DNA of 57,725 nucleotides from Parcubacteria group bacterium Greene0416_36 (lineage in GTDB: Bacteria; Patescibacteriota; Patescibacteriia; VMEV01), in NCBI GenBank assembly GCA_007375725.1, contig VMEV01000005.1:1-57725 (forward strand), written 5' to 3'. Position numbers and translations under genes: made by a program. The notes under the pieces were generated by a model. The model saw nothing but the letters and a program-made list of their open reading frames with translations. It made no database searches and had not been told where the DNA came from. The stretch's first letter is position 1. The number at the start of each line of letters is the position of its first letter. This document shows, in pieces, positions 45,347 to 54,349 of the stretch.

Positions 45347-46261
45347 ATGTTGCTCTCTCTCTACCGCACAACTAAATACGCATTCGTGGATTTTTGGAGA
45401 AATATTTGGCTGTCCCTCATCACGGTGACCATGATGGTTTTTGCGCTCATTTCAGTCAATGTGCTCATCTTTTTTTCCGTGGTATCGAATGCGGCGATCA
45501 CGACGCTGGAAGATAAGGTGGACGTGAGTATTTTTTTCAAGAGAGAGGTCAATGATAACCAGATTTACGAGTTGGAGACCAAGATGGTCTCTATGGACGA
45601 GGTCAAAGAAGCTAAAATTATTTCCAAAGAAGAGTCCCTGGCATTATTTAAAGAAAATCACAAAAATGATGCCACTATCATCGCGTCTCTCGAAGAAATC
45701 GGCTACAACCCGCTGGGCGCGACCTTGGTGGTCAAAGCCAAGTCTCCCGAGTTCTTCCCCCTTATTTTGGCCGTGCTAGAAGACCCGAAATTCGCGCTTC
45801 TCATCGCTGAGAAGAATTTCACGCGTCATCAACTAGTCATCGACAAAATCACCGAGATTTCCGCCCATATTAAGCGCATGGTGGTGGGCATGAGCATTAT
45901 CTTCATCTGTATCGCCATCATCATTATTTTCAATACCATCCGTATGGCGATCTACACCCACCGAGACGAAATCCGCATCATGAAGCTGGTGGGCGCGTCT
46001 AATTGGTTTGTCGAGTTTCCGTTTTTGATCCAGGCCCTCTTCTTCAGCATCCTCTCCGTGGCCGCATCTTTGGCTCTTGTTTATTGGGGTATTTTCGTCC
46101 TCAATCCGTATATCGTGGAATTCTTCGGCTCCATCAATCTAGATCTCCTTCGTTACTTCTCAGAAAATTTCTGGCTCTTGGCTGGTTCCCAAGGCCTCGT
46201 CGCCGCCCTTCTCTCCGTATTTTCCAGCTCCTACGCCGTGAGCAAGTACGTGCGGGCCTAG
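45347..46261 (+). CDS. ftsX: cell division permease-like protein FtsX
   Basis: Four TM helices and a large first extracytoplasmic loop. It lies downstream of ftsE. Confidence 0.85.
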   Translation: MLLSLYRTTKYAFVDFWRNIWLSLITVTMMVFALISVNVLIFFSVVSNAAITTLEDKVDVSIFFKREVNDNQIYELETKMVSMDEVKEAKIISKEESLALFKENHKNDATIIASLEEIGYNPLGATLVVKAKSPEFFPLILAVLEDPKFALLIAEKNFTRHQLVIDKITEISAHIKRMVVGMSIIFICIAIIIIFNTIRMAIYTHRDEIRIMKLVGASNWFVEFPFLIQALFFSILSVAASLALVYWGIFVLNPYIVEFFGSINLDLLRYFSENFWLLAGSQGLVAALLSVFSSSYAVSKYVRA

Positions 46262-46366
46262 CCATCATCCCCGAGAGCCCTGTAGGGCGATAATTCCAAC
46301 TTGTTCCGCGCGCCATAAATCGCTATTATGGAGTCACGATAATTATATTTTTTGAAACTAATTTTT

Positions 46367-47008
46367 ATGACGGATCAACAACTCAATCGCATTACAGTTT
46401 TGGGTGTTATTTTGGTGATTATTGCTGGAATAGTTGGTCTTTATTGGTCTTCTCGGCCGGGGGTATCTATTCCCGAGGTGGCCGCGATCTCAGATCATGA
46501 TTGGGTCAAAGGAAATAAAGACAGTGGAAATTTACTCGTAGAATACAGCGACTTCCAGTGTCCGGCCTGCAGTTTTTACAGCTCGATTGTGGAAGAATTA
46601 GCCAAGGAAATGGGGGACAAGCTCGCTTTTGTTTATCGGCATCATCCTCTTTCCATTCATCCGTATGCCGAGTCCGCGGCGGCCGCGGCTGAGGCCGCCG
46701 GAACTCAGGGCAAGTTCTGGGAAATGCACGATCTGCTTTTCAAAAATCAGTCCGTGTGGTCTGCGTCCGCGGATCCTGAGGCCGCTTTTGTCTCTTATGC
46801 AGAGTCTTTGTCTTTGAATGTCGAGAAATTCAAGACCGACATGGATTCCAGGGCGGCTCGTGGCAATGTCCGGGCGGATTATCTCTCGAGCCTCTCCTTG
46901 GGAATCGACTCCACACCCACCTTTGTCTGGAATGGCCAAAAACTCGCCGATGTTCCCGGAAATTACCTCGAATTCAAGAAAATGATCGAGGTGAAATTGA
47001 CGGAGTAG
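46367..47008 (+). CDS. membrane-anchored DsbA/thioredoxin-family protein
   Basis: An N-terminal TM anchor and the CPAC active site within EYSDFQCPACSFY. Confidence 0.75.
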   Translation: MTDQQLNRITVLGVILVIIAGIVGLYWSSRPGVSIPEVAAISDHDWVKGNKDSGNLLVEYSDFQCPACSFYSSIVEELAKEMGDKLAFVYRHHPLSIHPYAESAAAAAEAAGTQGKFWEMHDLLFKNQSVWSASADPEAAFVSYAESLSLNVEKFKTDMDSRAARGNVRADYLSSLSLGIDSTPTFVWNGQKLADVPGNYLEFKKMIEVKLTE

Positions 47009-47134
47009 TTAAAATAGTGTATGGTAAACCATCTTTAATGCTGTATTAAAGATGGTTTTTTATATTGCTCGGCATTTTTTTGACCAAAACCCTATATTTG
47101 TGATAAATTCCCCTCGTGGACAGTTTGTCCCCAT

Positions 47135-47206
47135 GGCGACTATAGTTTAGTGGTAAAACACTGGTTTGTGGAGCCAGTTTCACGGGTTCAATTCCCGTTA
47201 GTCGCC
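47135..47206 (+). tRNA. trnH: tRNA-His (GTG) with encoded G-1
   Basis: An extra G lies before acceptor GCGACTA. Anticodon loop TTGTGGA, discriminator C. Confidence 0.85.
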
Positions 47207-47218
47207 CCGACGTCAAAC

Positions 47219-47247
47219 AGAGTGTGAAAACACTCTTTTTCTCTTTT
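47219..47247 (+). terminator. rho-independent terminator after tRNA-His
   Basis: AGAGTG-TGAAAA-CACTCT followed by a T-run. Confidence 0.6.
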
Positions 47248-47380
47248 ATTTATAGGGGTTTCCATTAGTTCTGACCCACTCTATTTTCTTGATTTTACTA
47301 TATTTGGAATGCCTGATTTTATTGGTCATCCAAAATGACCCTAACAGGAATTGAACTTTTATGTACACTTATGGGGAAGC

Positions 47381-48295
47381 TTATTTATTTCCGCGATATA
47401 ATAGAATCCCCCTAACATTAAATCCCTCCGCAATTTTCCACACTCCTTTTTCCCGAAAAGCGGGTATATGTTGACGGCGAGCGGCGTTTGTTATGGAAGG
47501 AGCAGACTTACCCTGTTTTTTGATAAATTCAGAAAGAGTAATGATCTTTTCTCCCTTGAGATAAGTAATTCGTTTATGGAGCGACTCCATGAGGGCCAAT
47601 GACAGGACTTTTTCCATTGCTTTGGTATTTTTATTCATTTCGTATTCCGCAAACGATTTATAATATTTTGATTTTTCTTTATCGCGAATAATAATCATGG
47701 GAAGTCCCAGTCTTTGAAGCTGGAAATTCATGAGAACTCTGCCAATACGTCCATTTCCGTAACAAAAGGGATGGATATTCTCGAAATCCAAATGAAATTT
47801 CGCAATTTTATCAATAAAATAGCCTGAGAGATTGAGGCTGTACTCATTGATAAGAGAGGTAATCAAACTTTGCACATGCTCTGGGGCAGGGGCGATATGG
47901 GAGCCAACTCTTACATATTCGCCTTTTATTCGGAAGCGTCCAGCAATATCGTCATTGATTCCGCCGATGAGCATTTGGTGCAGCAATAAAATGATTTCTT
48001 CATTGACTTGGATTTCCTTTGATTTGTTGCGAATATAGCCAATGACTCGTGCCAGATTTTTCGCTTCAAATACTTCGCGCACGGGTACATCTCTGGAAAC
48101 TTCCATATCCAAAAGAATCTTCTCGGTTTCTTTGAGGGTAAGAGTCGAGTTTTCAATTGCATTGGAGTTATAGACACTTTCTGGAATTTCGACTTCATCA
48201 ATCATGACCAGAAGCGATTCTTTTCCTTTTCGCAGGGTGTCGAATTCGTTTTTGAGGGATTGAATTTTGTTTTTTGTGAGGTTAGAAATAGCCAT
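47381..48295 (-). CDS. Fic-family protein with N-terminal inhibitory motif
   Basis: The Fic motif is HPFCYGNGRIGR, and SNAIEN matches (S/T)xxxE(G/N). The ORF extends to 48334, but that part overlaps operator-like repeats. Confidence 0.8.
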   Translation of the reverse strand: MAISNLTKNKIQSLKNEFDTLRKGKESLLVMIDEVEIPESVYNSNAIENSTLTLKETEKILLDMEVSRDVPVREVFEAKNLARVIGYIRNKSKEIQVNEEIILLLHQMLIGGINDDIAGRFRIKGEYVRVGSHIAPAPEHVQSLITSLINEYSLNLSGYFIDKIAKFHLDFENIHPFCYGNGRIGRVLMNFQLQRLGLPMIIIRDKEKSKYYKSFAEYEMNKNTKAMEKVLSLALMESLHKRITYLKGEKIITLSEFIKKQGKSAPSITNAARRQHIPAFREKGVWKIAEGFNVRGILLYRGNK

Positions 48296-48301
48296 ATTTT
48301 T

Positions 48302-48335
48302 AGTGAATTTATGCTTAAATAATAGCATATTCACT
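48302..48335. promoter_or_regulatory. operator-like imperfect palindrome R1 upstream of fic
   Basis: AGTGAATTTATGCTTAAATAATAGCATATTCACT. Confidence 0.5.
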
Positions 48336-48352
48336 CAAAATAAGCAATTTTG

Positions 48353-48386
48353 GATGAATTTAGGCTTAATGTAATGCAAATTCACT
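48353..48386. promoter_or_regulatory. operator-like imperfect palindrome R2 upstream of fic
   Basis: GATGAATTTAGGCTTAATGTAATGCAAATTCACT is a direct repeat of R1, about 80 percent identical by eye. Confidence 0.5.
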
Positions 48387-48469
48387 CATTTTTTATGGGG
48401 CAATGATTGTGAAATCGCAAATTTTAGCCTCAAAAGTGCTAATTTTCGTAAAGGTCGATGAGCCTCTCG

Positions 48470-48518
48470 CTCAATAAAACTAGGTCTCGACATGTTGTCG
48501 AGACCTAGTTTTATTGAG
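48470..48518. terminator. very long perfect hairpin (23-bp stem), bidirectional terminator shape
   Basis: CTCAATAAAACTAGGTCTCGACA-TGT-TGTCGAGACCTAGTTTTATTGAG lies just downstream of the 48520..48864 gene. Confidence 0.65.
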
Positions 48519-48519
48519 T

Positions 48520-48864
48520 CTATGCTTTTTTCTGCGCCAACATTTGTTTTTCCAAGAAGGCCACCCTTTGTCTGAGGCTGAGCACCTCTTGGGAGAGCAT
48601 ATCCGTATCTTCTTTTGATTGTTTTCTGACATTCTCGAGTTTTTTCTCTACTCGGTCCAAATCTTCTCGAATATCATGCAGTTGTGTGTGTATCGAAGAG
48701 AGAGATTGTTCGGTTTTAGTTCTGAAACTAAACATTTCGGTTTTGAAATCATCATGTTGTTTCTGCAGGAATTCAAATCCTTTCCGCGTGATTTGGGTGA
48801 GCTCAGCAATTTGATTGGCCAGCCCCTTTAATGTGGTTTCTTGTCCGGCAGTTTTGGATGCCAT
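48520..48864 (-). CDS. coiled-coil hypothetical protein
   Basis: A 114-aa protein with heptad-like charged/hydrophobic pattern throughout. No family recognised. Confidence 0.5.
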   Translation of the reverse strand: MASKTAGQETTLKGLANQIAELTQITRKGFEFLQKQHDDFKTEMFSFRTKTEQSLSSIHTQLHDIREDLDRVEKKLENVRKQSKEDTDMLSQEVLSLRQRVAFLEKQMLAQKKA

Positions 48865-49004
48865 AGATTTTGAGAACTCTATTTTTGCGAAGAAATGATA
48901 GGGTTCTGTGAAGTTAATTTTTAAGGGGCCGGTGTTTTATTTCTCTATCACTTTAAATGGAATTTCTAGCCGAGTCAATCCATCGGTTCTTTCCTTATTC
49001 TGGG

Positions 49005-49754
49005 CTATGGCAGAGTTTTCCAGATTTGTTCAAAAATAATCATCTGGGTTTGAAAAATAGCGCGGTCTTCCACGAGCACGGCGATGAGTTCTCCCGCGGC
49101 ATTGACCGAAAAAAAAGCGACCTTGTCTGCATAAATGAGCACGAAATTGGGGTCTTTGCTTTGTTTGTCGGTTGGTAGGTATTTGCGGCTGGCTAGTTTC
49201 GCACTTGTGCCGCCTTGCCATAGTGATATAACCCGGACAGATATATTATTTTGGATCCGTTTTTCCGTGAAATTTGGGAATTTTTCGTAGAGTGTTTGGG
49301 CTACCGGTTCGGAAGAGTAGGCTGCATAAGAGAGGTTTCCTTGTTTTTGGCAGGATTCCAGAAGATCCTCCAAAATTATTTTTCCCCCGTGCGCTCCTTC
49401 ATAAAATTTGACCACGGGTTTTTTGCCGGACTCATTAGCCAGGCTCTCGAGTTCCGGAATGAGATCATTCATCTGATTGCCTAATAGGTCCAGTTTTTTG
49501 CGTTTTTCTTCTAGAACTAAACTTAAGTTTTTTGGGTTTTCGGCCGTGAAGTATTGGTGTTTTTCTTTGTGATAGTACGTTATCAGCCTTTGTTCAATGA
49601 GTGATTTGAGAATATCGTAAGTCGTGCCACGATTGACTTTTGACTCTTCCGCGATTTTTCGGACAGGTGAAGGCCCGAGTCGCAAAAGAGCTAAGTAAAC
49701 ATTGATTTCATTGTCAGAGAAATCAAATTTTTTGAGGGTGGGGAAGAGATCCAT
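49005..49754 (-). CDS. TrmB-family transcriptional regulator
   Basis: The N-terminal winged helix reads FSDNEINVYLALLRLGPSPVRKIAEESKVNRGTTYDILKSLIEQRLI. Confidence 0.75.
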   Translation of the reverse strand: MDLFPTLKKFDFSDNEINVYLALLRLGPSPVRKIAEESKVNRGTTYDILKSLIEQRLITYYHKEKHQYFTAENPKNLSLVLEEKRKKLDLLGNQMNDLIPELESLANESGKKPVVKFYEGAHGGKIILEDLLESCQKQGNLSYAAYSSEPVAQTLYEKFPNFTEKRIQNNISVRVISLWQGGTSAKLASRKYLPTDKQSKDPNFVLIYADKVAFFSVNAAGELIAVLVEDRAIFQTQMIIFEQIWKTLP

Positions 49755-49757
49755 AGT

Positions 49758-49799
49758 AAAATTACGAATTAAGAATTAAGAATTACGAATAGAACAGCC
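49758..49799. repeat. half heptamer-arm element (left arm plus GAACAGCC)
   Basis: AAAATTACGAATTAAGAATTAAGAATTACGAATAGAACAGCC. No right arm is present. Confidence 0.7.
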
Positions 49800-49819
49800 T
49801 TGAGTGGACAAGCTATAGG

Positions 49820-51685
49820 TTATTGGACGGTGACGGATTTGGCAAGATTGCGGGGGAGATCGGGATTATAACCCTTTAGAACCGCCATGTAATAGGCGAA
49901 TAATTGCAGGGGGATGCTATAGAGAATTGGGCTGAGCGGTTCGTAAATGGGTGGAAGATACAGTACTTGGTCTGCGATTGTGTCTACTTGCGTATCGCCA
50001 ACGGTGGCAATAGCGACCACTGGCCCTGATCTAGCTTTGATTTCCTGCATATTCGATATGTTCTTGGCATATACTGAATCATTGGGACAGAGGAAAAATG
50101 TAGGGAACTGGTCCGTGATCATTGCCAGAGGTCCATGTTTCATTTCTCCGCTTTCATAAGCTTCGGCATGAATATAACTGATTTCTTTGAGTTTGAGCGC
50201 TCCTTCCATGGCTGTTGGATAATTATACTTTCTGCCTAAGAATAGAAAGTTTGTGAATTTTGAATAATCCTCGGCAAGTTTTTTTATCTGCGGATCTAAA
50301 ATGTTGATTGTTTTTTCAATGATATCTGGCAATGAATTCAGGGTATTGATAAATAGAGTACGGTCTGATAAAGACATGTTTTTTGATTGACCAAAGAAAA
50401 GGGTTAGCAAGGCGAGATTAGCTATTTGTGCGGTGAATGCTTTTGTGGAGGCTACTCCAATTTCGGGTCCGATTCGTTGATAAATGCCCACTCCGCATTC
50501 TCTGGCAATAGTACTTCCTACGCGATTGATAAGGCCGAGGCATAGAATATTTTTATTTTTAAGTTCGGTCACGCATCCCAAAGTATCCGCGGTTTCTCCG
50601 GATTGAGAAATGAATAATGCCAAGTCTCGTTTTGGATGAAGGGGGAGTTTGCGATACCGGAATAAGGAAGCTATTTCCGCGTGAGCTTCCATATCTGCAA
50701 ATTCTTCAAATAAAAATTTGCCTACCAGACTCGCGTGAAAAGACGTGCCGCAGCCAATCAAGAATATTTTCTCTTTTGAAAGTATGGATTCTTTTTGTTG
50801 TTCCAGTCCTCCCAGTTTGACTCCCGCAATATCGGAAATCATGCGGCCGCTAAGGGTGTCGCGAAGTGCTTTGGGTTGTTCAAAGATTTCTTTGGCCATA
50901 AAGTGGGGAAAGCCTTGTTTTTGAGCGAATTCTTCCGTTTCATTCATGGGAACAGATATAGGGCTTTGCGGTTTTGATTCGAAATCCGTGATTTCTATTT
51001 TTCCGCCTCCTAAGGCTACAAGGGTTTCCGGCGGCATGGCCACTACTTTTTGTGCGATATCGGGATAGAGATAGAATGTCCCGGGATCCGAAGAAATAAG
51101 AAATTCGTTTTGTTCGTTATTGTATGAAAATAAAAGCGGGCTTTCTTTTCGCGCTAAAAATAAAGAGTCGGGTCCGTCCGCGTCCATGACCACTATGGCA
51201 AAGGCGCCTTCCATTTTAGACAGAATCCTTCGCAAGCATTCCCGCGTATTCATCGTCGGGTTTTGTTTCTTTTCTTCTTCTAAAAGGTGAGGAATGATTT
51301 CCGTATCGGTCTGGCCGAAAAATCGGTGTCCTTCGGCTATCAATTGTTTTTTTAGTTCCGCGTGATTCTCGATGACTCCATTGTGGACCACATGGATTTT
51401 TCCGTGGCAATCCCGGTGGGGGTGAGCGTTTTCTTCGGAGGGGATTCCGTGTGTTGCCCAGCGCGTATGGGCAATGCCGACGGTTCCGCCGATCGAGAGG
51501 GGATCCAGTTTCTTTTTCAAATTTTCGAGCTTTCCGGGAGATCGATAATAGTGGGTGGTTTTATTTTTTTCATCCCGGATCGATAGCCCCGCGGAGTCAT
51601 ATCCTCTATACAGCACGCTTTCGAGTCCTCGAAGGAGAATGGGTTTTGCTTCCCTGTTTCCGATATAACCAATGATTCCGCACAT
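49820..51685 (-). CDS. glmS: glutamine--fructose-6-phosphate aminotransferase
   Basis: MCGIIGY N-terminus, two SIS domains, and the C-terminal LAKSVTVQ end. Confidence 0.92.
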   Translation of the reverse strand: MCGIIGYIGNREAKPILLRGLESVLYRGYDSAGLSIRDEKNKTTHYYRSPGKLENLKKKLDPLSIGGTVGIAHTRWATHGIPSEENAHPHRDCHGKIHVVHNGVIENHAELKKQLIAEGHRFFGQTDTEIIPHLLEEEKKQNPTMNTRECLRRILSKMEGAFAIVVMDADGPDSLFLARKESPLLFSYNNEQNEFLISSDPGTFYLYPDIAQKVVAMPPETLVALGGGKIEITDFESKPQSPISVPMNETEEFAQKQGFPHFMAKEIFEQPKALRDTLSGRMISDIAGVKLGGLEQQKESILSKEKIFLIGCGTSFHASLVGKFLFEEFADMEAHAEIASLFRYRKLPLHPKRDLALFISQSGETADTLGCVTELKNKNILCLGLINRVGSTIARECGVGIYQRIGPEIGVASTKAFTAQIANLALLTLFFGQSKNMSLSDRTLFINTLNSLPDIIEKTINILDPQIKKLAEDYSKFTNFLFLGRKYNYPTAMEGALKLKEISYIHAEAYESGEMKHGPLAMITDQFPTFFLCPNDSVYAKNISNMQEIKARSGPVVAIATVGDTQVDTIADQVLYLPPIYEPLSPILYSIPLQLFAYYMAVLKGYNPDLPRNLAKSVTVQ

Positions 51686-51742
51686 ATGATTTGTTTTTTA
51701 ATGTTTTTTGCGATTTTATTCGCCTTGTCTTATTAATGATTG

Positions 51743-51771
51743 AAGGGCTCAAATAAATTGAGCCCTTTTTT
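51743..51771 (+). terminator. orphan plus-strand terminator-shaped hairpin in the glmS leader region
   Basis: GGGCTCAA-ATAAA-TTGAGCCC is followed by TTTTTT on the plus strand only. Confidence 0.4.
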
Positions 51772-52064
51772 GTCCTATTTATTTCTACAATTTTATTTTA
51801 TTTTGTTTTTATTCGGGAGGGGACCGGCTGTTATTGTCCGCTTTTTTGGTTTTGGAATACAGGTATGGTTCTTTTAATTTATTTGATAAATAATTATTTT
51901 TTATTTTCATATTTTTGTTTTTAATATTTCTATAACCATTGTAATTTTATATTTTTATACTGTCAATTTTATTCCTACAAAGATATTTAAATTGGTGTTT
52001 TGTACAATGTTTATGCGGGAAATTTTTTCGGAAAATGTCTGGAAAAAAATGTTTTTTGTCGGGG

Positions 52065-52073
52065 TTATCCACA
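52065..52073. promoter_or_regulatory. perfect DnaA-box 9-mer (TTATCCACA)
   Basis: An exact consensus inside a ~490-bp AT-rich stretch with no supported gene. Confidence 0.2.
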
Positions 52074-52177
52074 GCTTTTTGGTGGCATTATTGTTCTCTT
52101 CTATTCTGAAGAAGAAGCATATTGTGTTTTATGCGTTTTTAGTGCAAAATCCTTTTGAGATAGTTTTTTGAAAAGAG

Positions 52178-52274
52178 TTGTCATGCTGAGCCTGCCGTGC
52201 CAACCCGAAGCTGTTTTAGCCTAGGGTGGTCGAAGCATTTCTAAGGAAAGCCTTCGACAGGCTCAGGCTGACAA
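52178..52274. repeat. TGTCAT...ATGACA compound palindrome, CCTGAGCCTGTCGAAGG type (copy 2)
   Basis: TTGTCATGCTGAGCCTGCCG...GCCTTCGACAGGCTCAGGCTGACAA. It ends 17 nt before the lepA ATG. Confidence 0.8.
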
Positions 52275-52291
52275 GGCCCCTCTAAAATTAT

Positions 52292-54085
52292 ATGAAAAGC
52301 ATCCGTAATTTCTGCATTATCGCTCATATTGATCATGGAAAGTCCACCTTGGCGGACCGGTTTTTGGAATTGACAAAAACCGTGGAGAGGCGAGACATGC
52401 AGGCGCAATTGCTTGATTCCATGGACATCGAGCGCGAGCGGGGGATCACGATCAAGTTGACGCCAGTGCGCATGAATTACACCGCCAAAGACGGGCAGGA
52501 ATATATTTTGAATCTGATCGATACTCCGGGCCACGTTGATTTTTCGTATGAAGTGTCACGGTCATTGGCTGCGGTCGAGGGCGCGATTTTGCTTGTGGAT
52601 GCCACTCAGGGCATTCAGGCTCAGACCTTGGCCAACTTGTATCTGGCACTGGATCAGAATCTGGAAGTGATTGCTGTGGCCAATAAAATCGATTTGCCGG
52701 CGGCCGAGGTCGAGAAGGTGACGGATGAAATCGTGAATCTGATTGGATGCCCCAGAGAGGATGTGCTTCGAGTGTCCGGCAAAACCGGCTTCAATGTGGA
52801 CTCGATTCTGGAGCGAATCGTGTCGAAAATCAAACCGCCTAGAATAGAGACGTCATTGCCTCTGCGAGCCCTCATTTTTGATTCTGTATATGATGAATAT
52901 AAAGGGGTAATTGCCTATATTCGCGTGATGGAGGGCCGCATCAAAAAAGGGGACAAAATCAGATTTGTCTCCATGGGCCAGGACGCCGAAGTCTTGGAAG
53001 TCGGCGTATTTCGCCCAAAATATGTGGAATGCGAAGAACTCTCCGCTGGAGAAATCGGCTATGTTTCTTTCGGGGTGAAGGACTTGGGTCAGTGCCGCGT
53101 GGGTGACACGATCGGCGATCGGTCGGTGACGGTTGCTTTGCCCGGATACAAGGAGGTGAAGCCCTTTGTTTTTGCTGGTATTTTTTGCAAAGAGGGCAAT
53201 GAATTTTCAAAATTAAGAGAAGCGGTTGAGAAACTCAAGCTCAATGACGCGTCTTTGGTCTACGAGGTGGAAAATAACAATGCCTTGGGATTTGGGATTC
53301 GCGCGGGGTTTCTCGGCATGCTTCACCTGGACATTGTTCAGGAGCGACTTCGCCGTGAATACGACCTCGATCTTATCATCACCGTGCCTTCGGTGGCTTA
53401 TCGCCTTTACAGACTTGGCGATGGAGAAGATTTTTCAATCGTGAAATCTCCTTCCGATTTGCCGGATCCGTCCAAAATCGCCAAACTGGAAGAGCCCATG
53501 ATGAAGGTCTCGATTGTCTGTCCCAAGGATTACATGGGGCCGGTGATGCAATTGGTCAGCGAAAAAAGGGGCACTTATATTTCGACGGAGTATTTGGATC
53601 TTGGGACTGCGGTTCTTCATTACCGCATGCATTTGTCCTCCATCATCGTGGATTTTTATGATAAGCTCAAAAGTGTCAGCACCGGGTATGCGTCTCTCAA
53701 TTATGAATTTGATGGCTACGAAGAAGTGGAAGTGGTTGTCCTGGATATTTTGGTGGCGGATAAAAAAATGGAGCCATTGGCTACTATCGTCTATGAAGAG
53801 GATGCCTATTATGCGGGGCGCAAAATTGTGGAGACTCTCAAAGATATTTTGCCGCGCCAGCAATTTGAGGTGAAGATCCAGGCGGCTATTGGCGCAAAAA
53901 TTATTGCTAGCGCAAAAATTCCGGCCATGAGAAAGGATGTGACGGATTATCTGTCTGGCGGCGACGTGAGTCGTAAGATGAAATTACTCAGCAAGCAAAA
54001 AGAAGGCAAGAAAAAAATGAAGGAAATGGGCATCGGCAAAGTTGATATCCCGCCGGATGCCTTTATTGCGGTACTTAAAAGGTAA
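52292..54085 (+). CDS. lepA: elongation factor 4
   Basis: IRNFCIIAHIDHGKSTLADR, DTPGHVDF, NKIDL and the LepA C-terminal domain. Confidence 0.93.
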   Translation: MKSIRNFCIIAHIDHGKSTLADRFLELTKTVERRDMQAQLLDSMDIERERGITIKLTPVRMNYTAKDGQEYILNLIDTPGHVDFSYEVSRSLAAVEGAILLVDATQGIQAQTLANLYLALDQNLEVIAVANKIDLPAAEVEKVTDEIVNLIGCPREDVLRVSGKTGFNVDSILERIVSKIKPPRIETSLPLRALIFDSVYDEYKGVIAYIRVMEGRIKKGDKIRFVSMGQDAEVLEVGVFRPKYVECEELSAGEIGYVSFGVKDLGQCRVGDTIGDRSVTVALPGYKEVKPFVFAGIFCKEGNEFSKLREAVEKLKLNDASLVYEVENNNALGFGIRAGFLGMLHLDIVQERLRREYDLDLIITVPSVAYRLYRLGDGEDFSIVKSPSDLPDPSKIAKLEEPMMKVSIVCPKDYMGPVMQLVSEKRGTYISTEYLDLGTAVLHYRMHLSSIIVDFYDKLKSVSTGYASLNYEFDGYEEVEVVVLDILVADKKMEPLATIVYEEDAYYAGRKIVETLKDILPRQQFEVKIQAAIGAKIIASAKIPAMRKDVTDYLSGGDVSRKMKLLSKQKEGKKKMKEMGIGKVDIPPDAFIAVLKR

Positions 54086-54088
54086 ATT

Positions 54089-54178
54089 AACAACAAATCC
54101 CCCTCAATCCCCCTTTGACAAGGGGGAGGCTGTTACCCCCTCCCTTGTCAAAGGGAGGGTTGGGGAGGGATTTGTTGT
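54089..54178. repeat. NPE copy n, R orientation
   Basis: Full element starting 3 nt after the lepA stop codon. Confidence 0.9.
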
Positions 54179-54349
54179 TTAGATATGCATCGTCATCAAA
54201 TCACAAAAATCCTCTGGAAGGTCATTTGTATTGTCATGATTTTTTCCATGATTCTATTCACTATATTGCCTTTATTGGGCAATTGAACCTGAAATCAGAT
54301 TTTTTTGAAGAAATCTGATTTTTTGGCTGGCTGATTTTGTTAAATTTAT

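Noticed and set aside
51686-51900. A possible glmS ribozyme in the glmS 5' leader
   Set aside because: The leader is extremely AT-rich and lacks the GC-rich conserved core segments of the glmS ribozyme.
52007-52171. A 54-aa ORF (MFMREIFSENVWKKMFFVGVIHSFLVALLFSS…) in the AT-rich spacer
   Set aside because: It has no ribosome-binding site, and its AT-rich codon content is indistinguishable from the surrounding non-coding sequence.
51686-52177. oriC assignment for the AT-rich region, and for the other exact DnaA box at 4148-4156
   Set aside because: Each locus has only one exact DnaA box. There is no dnaA or dnaN nearby, and gene orientation does not switch cleanly here. It is kept as a low-interest finding, not as a feature call.
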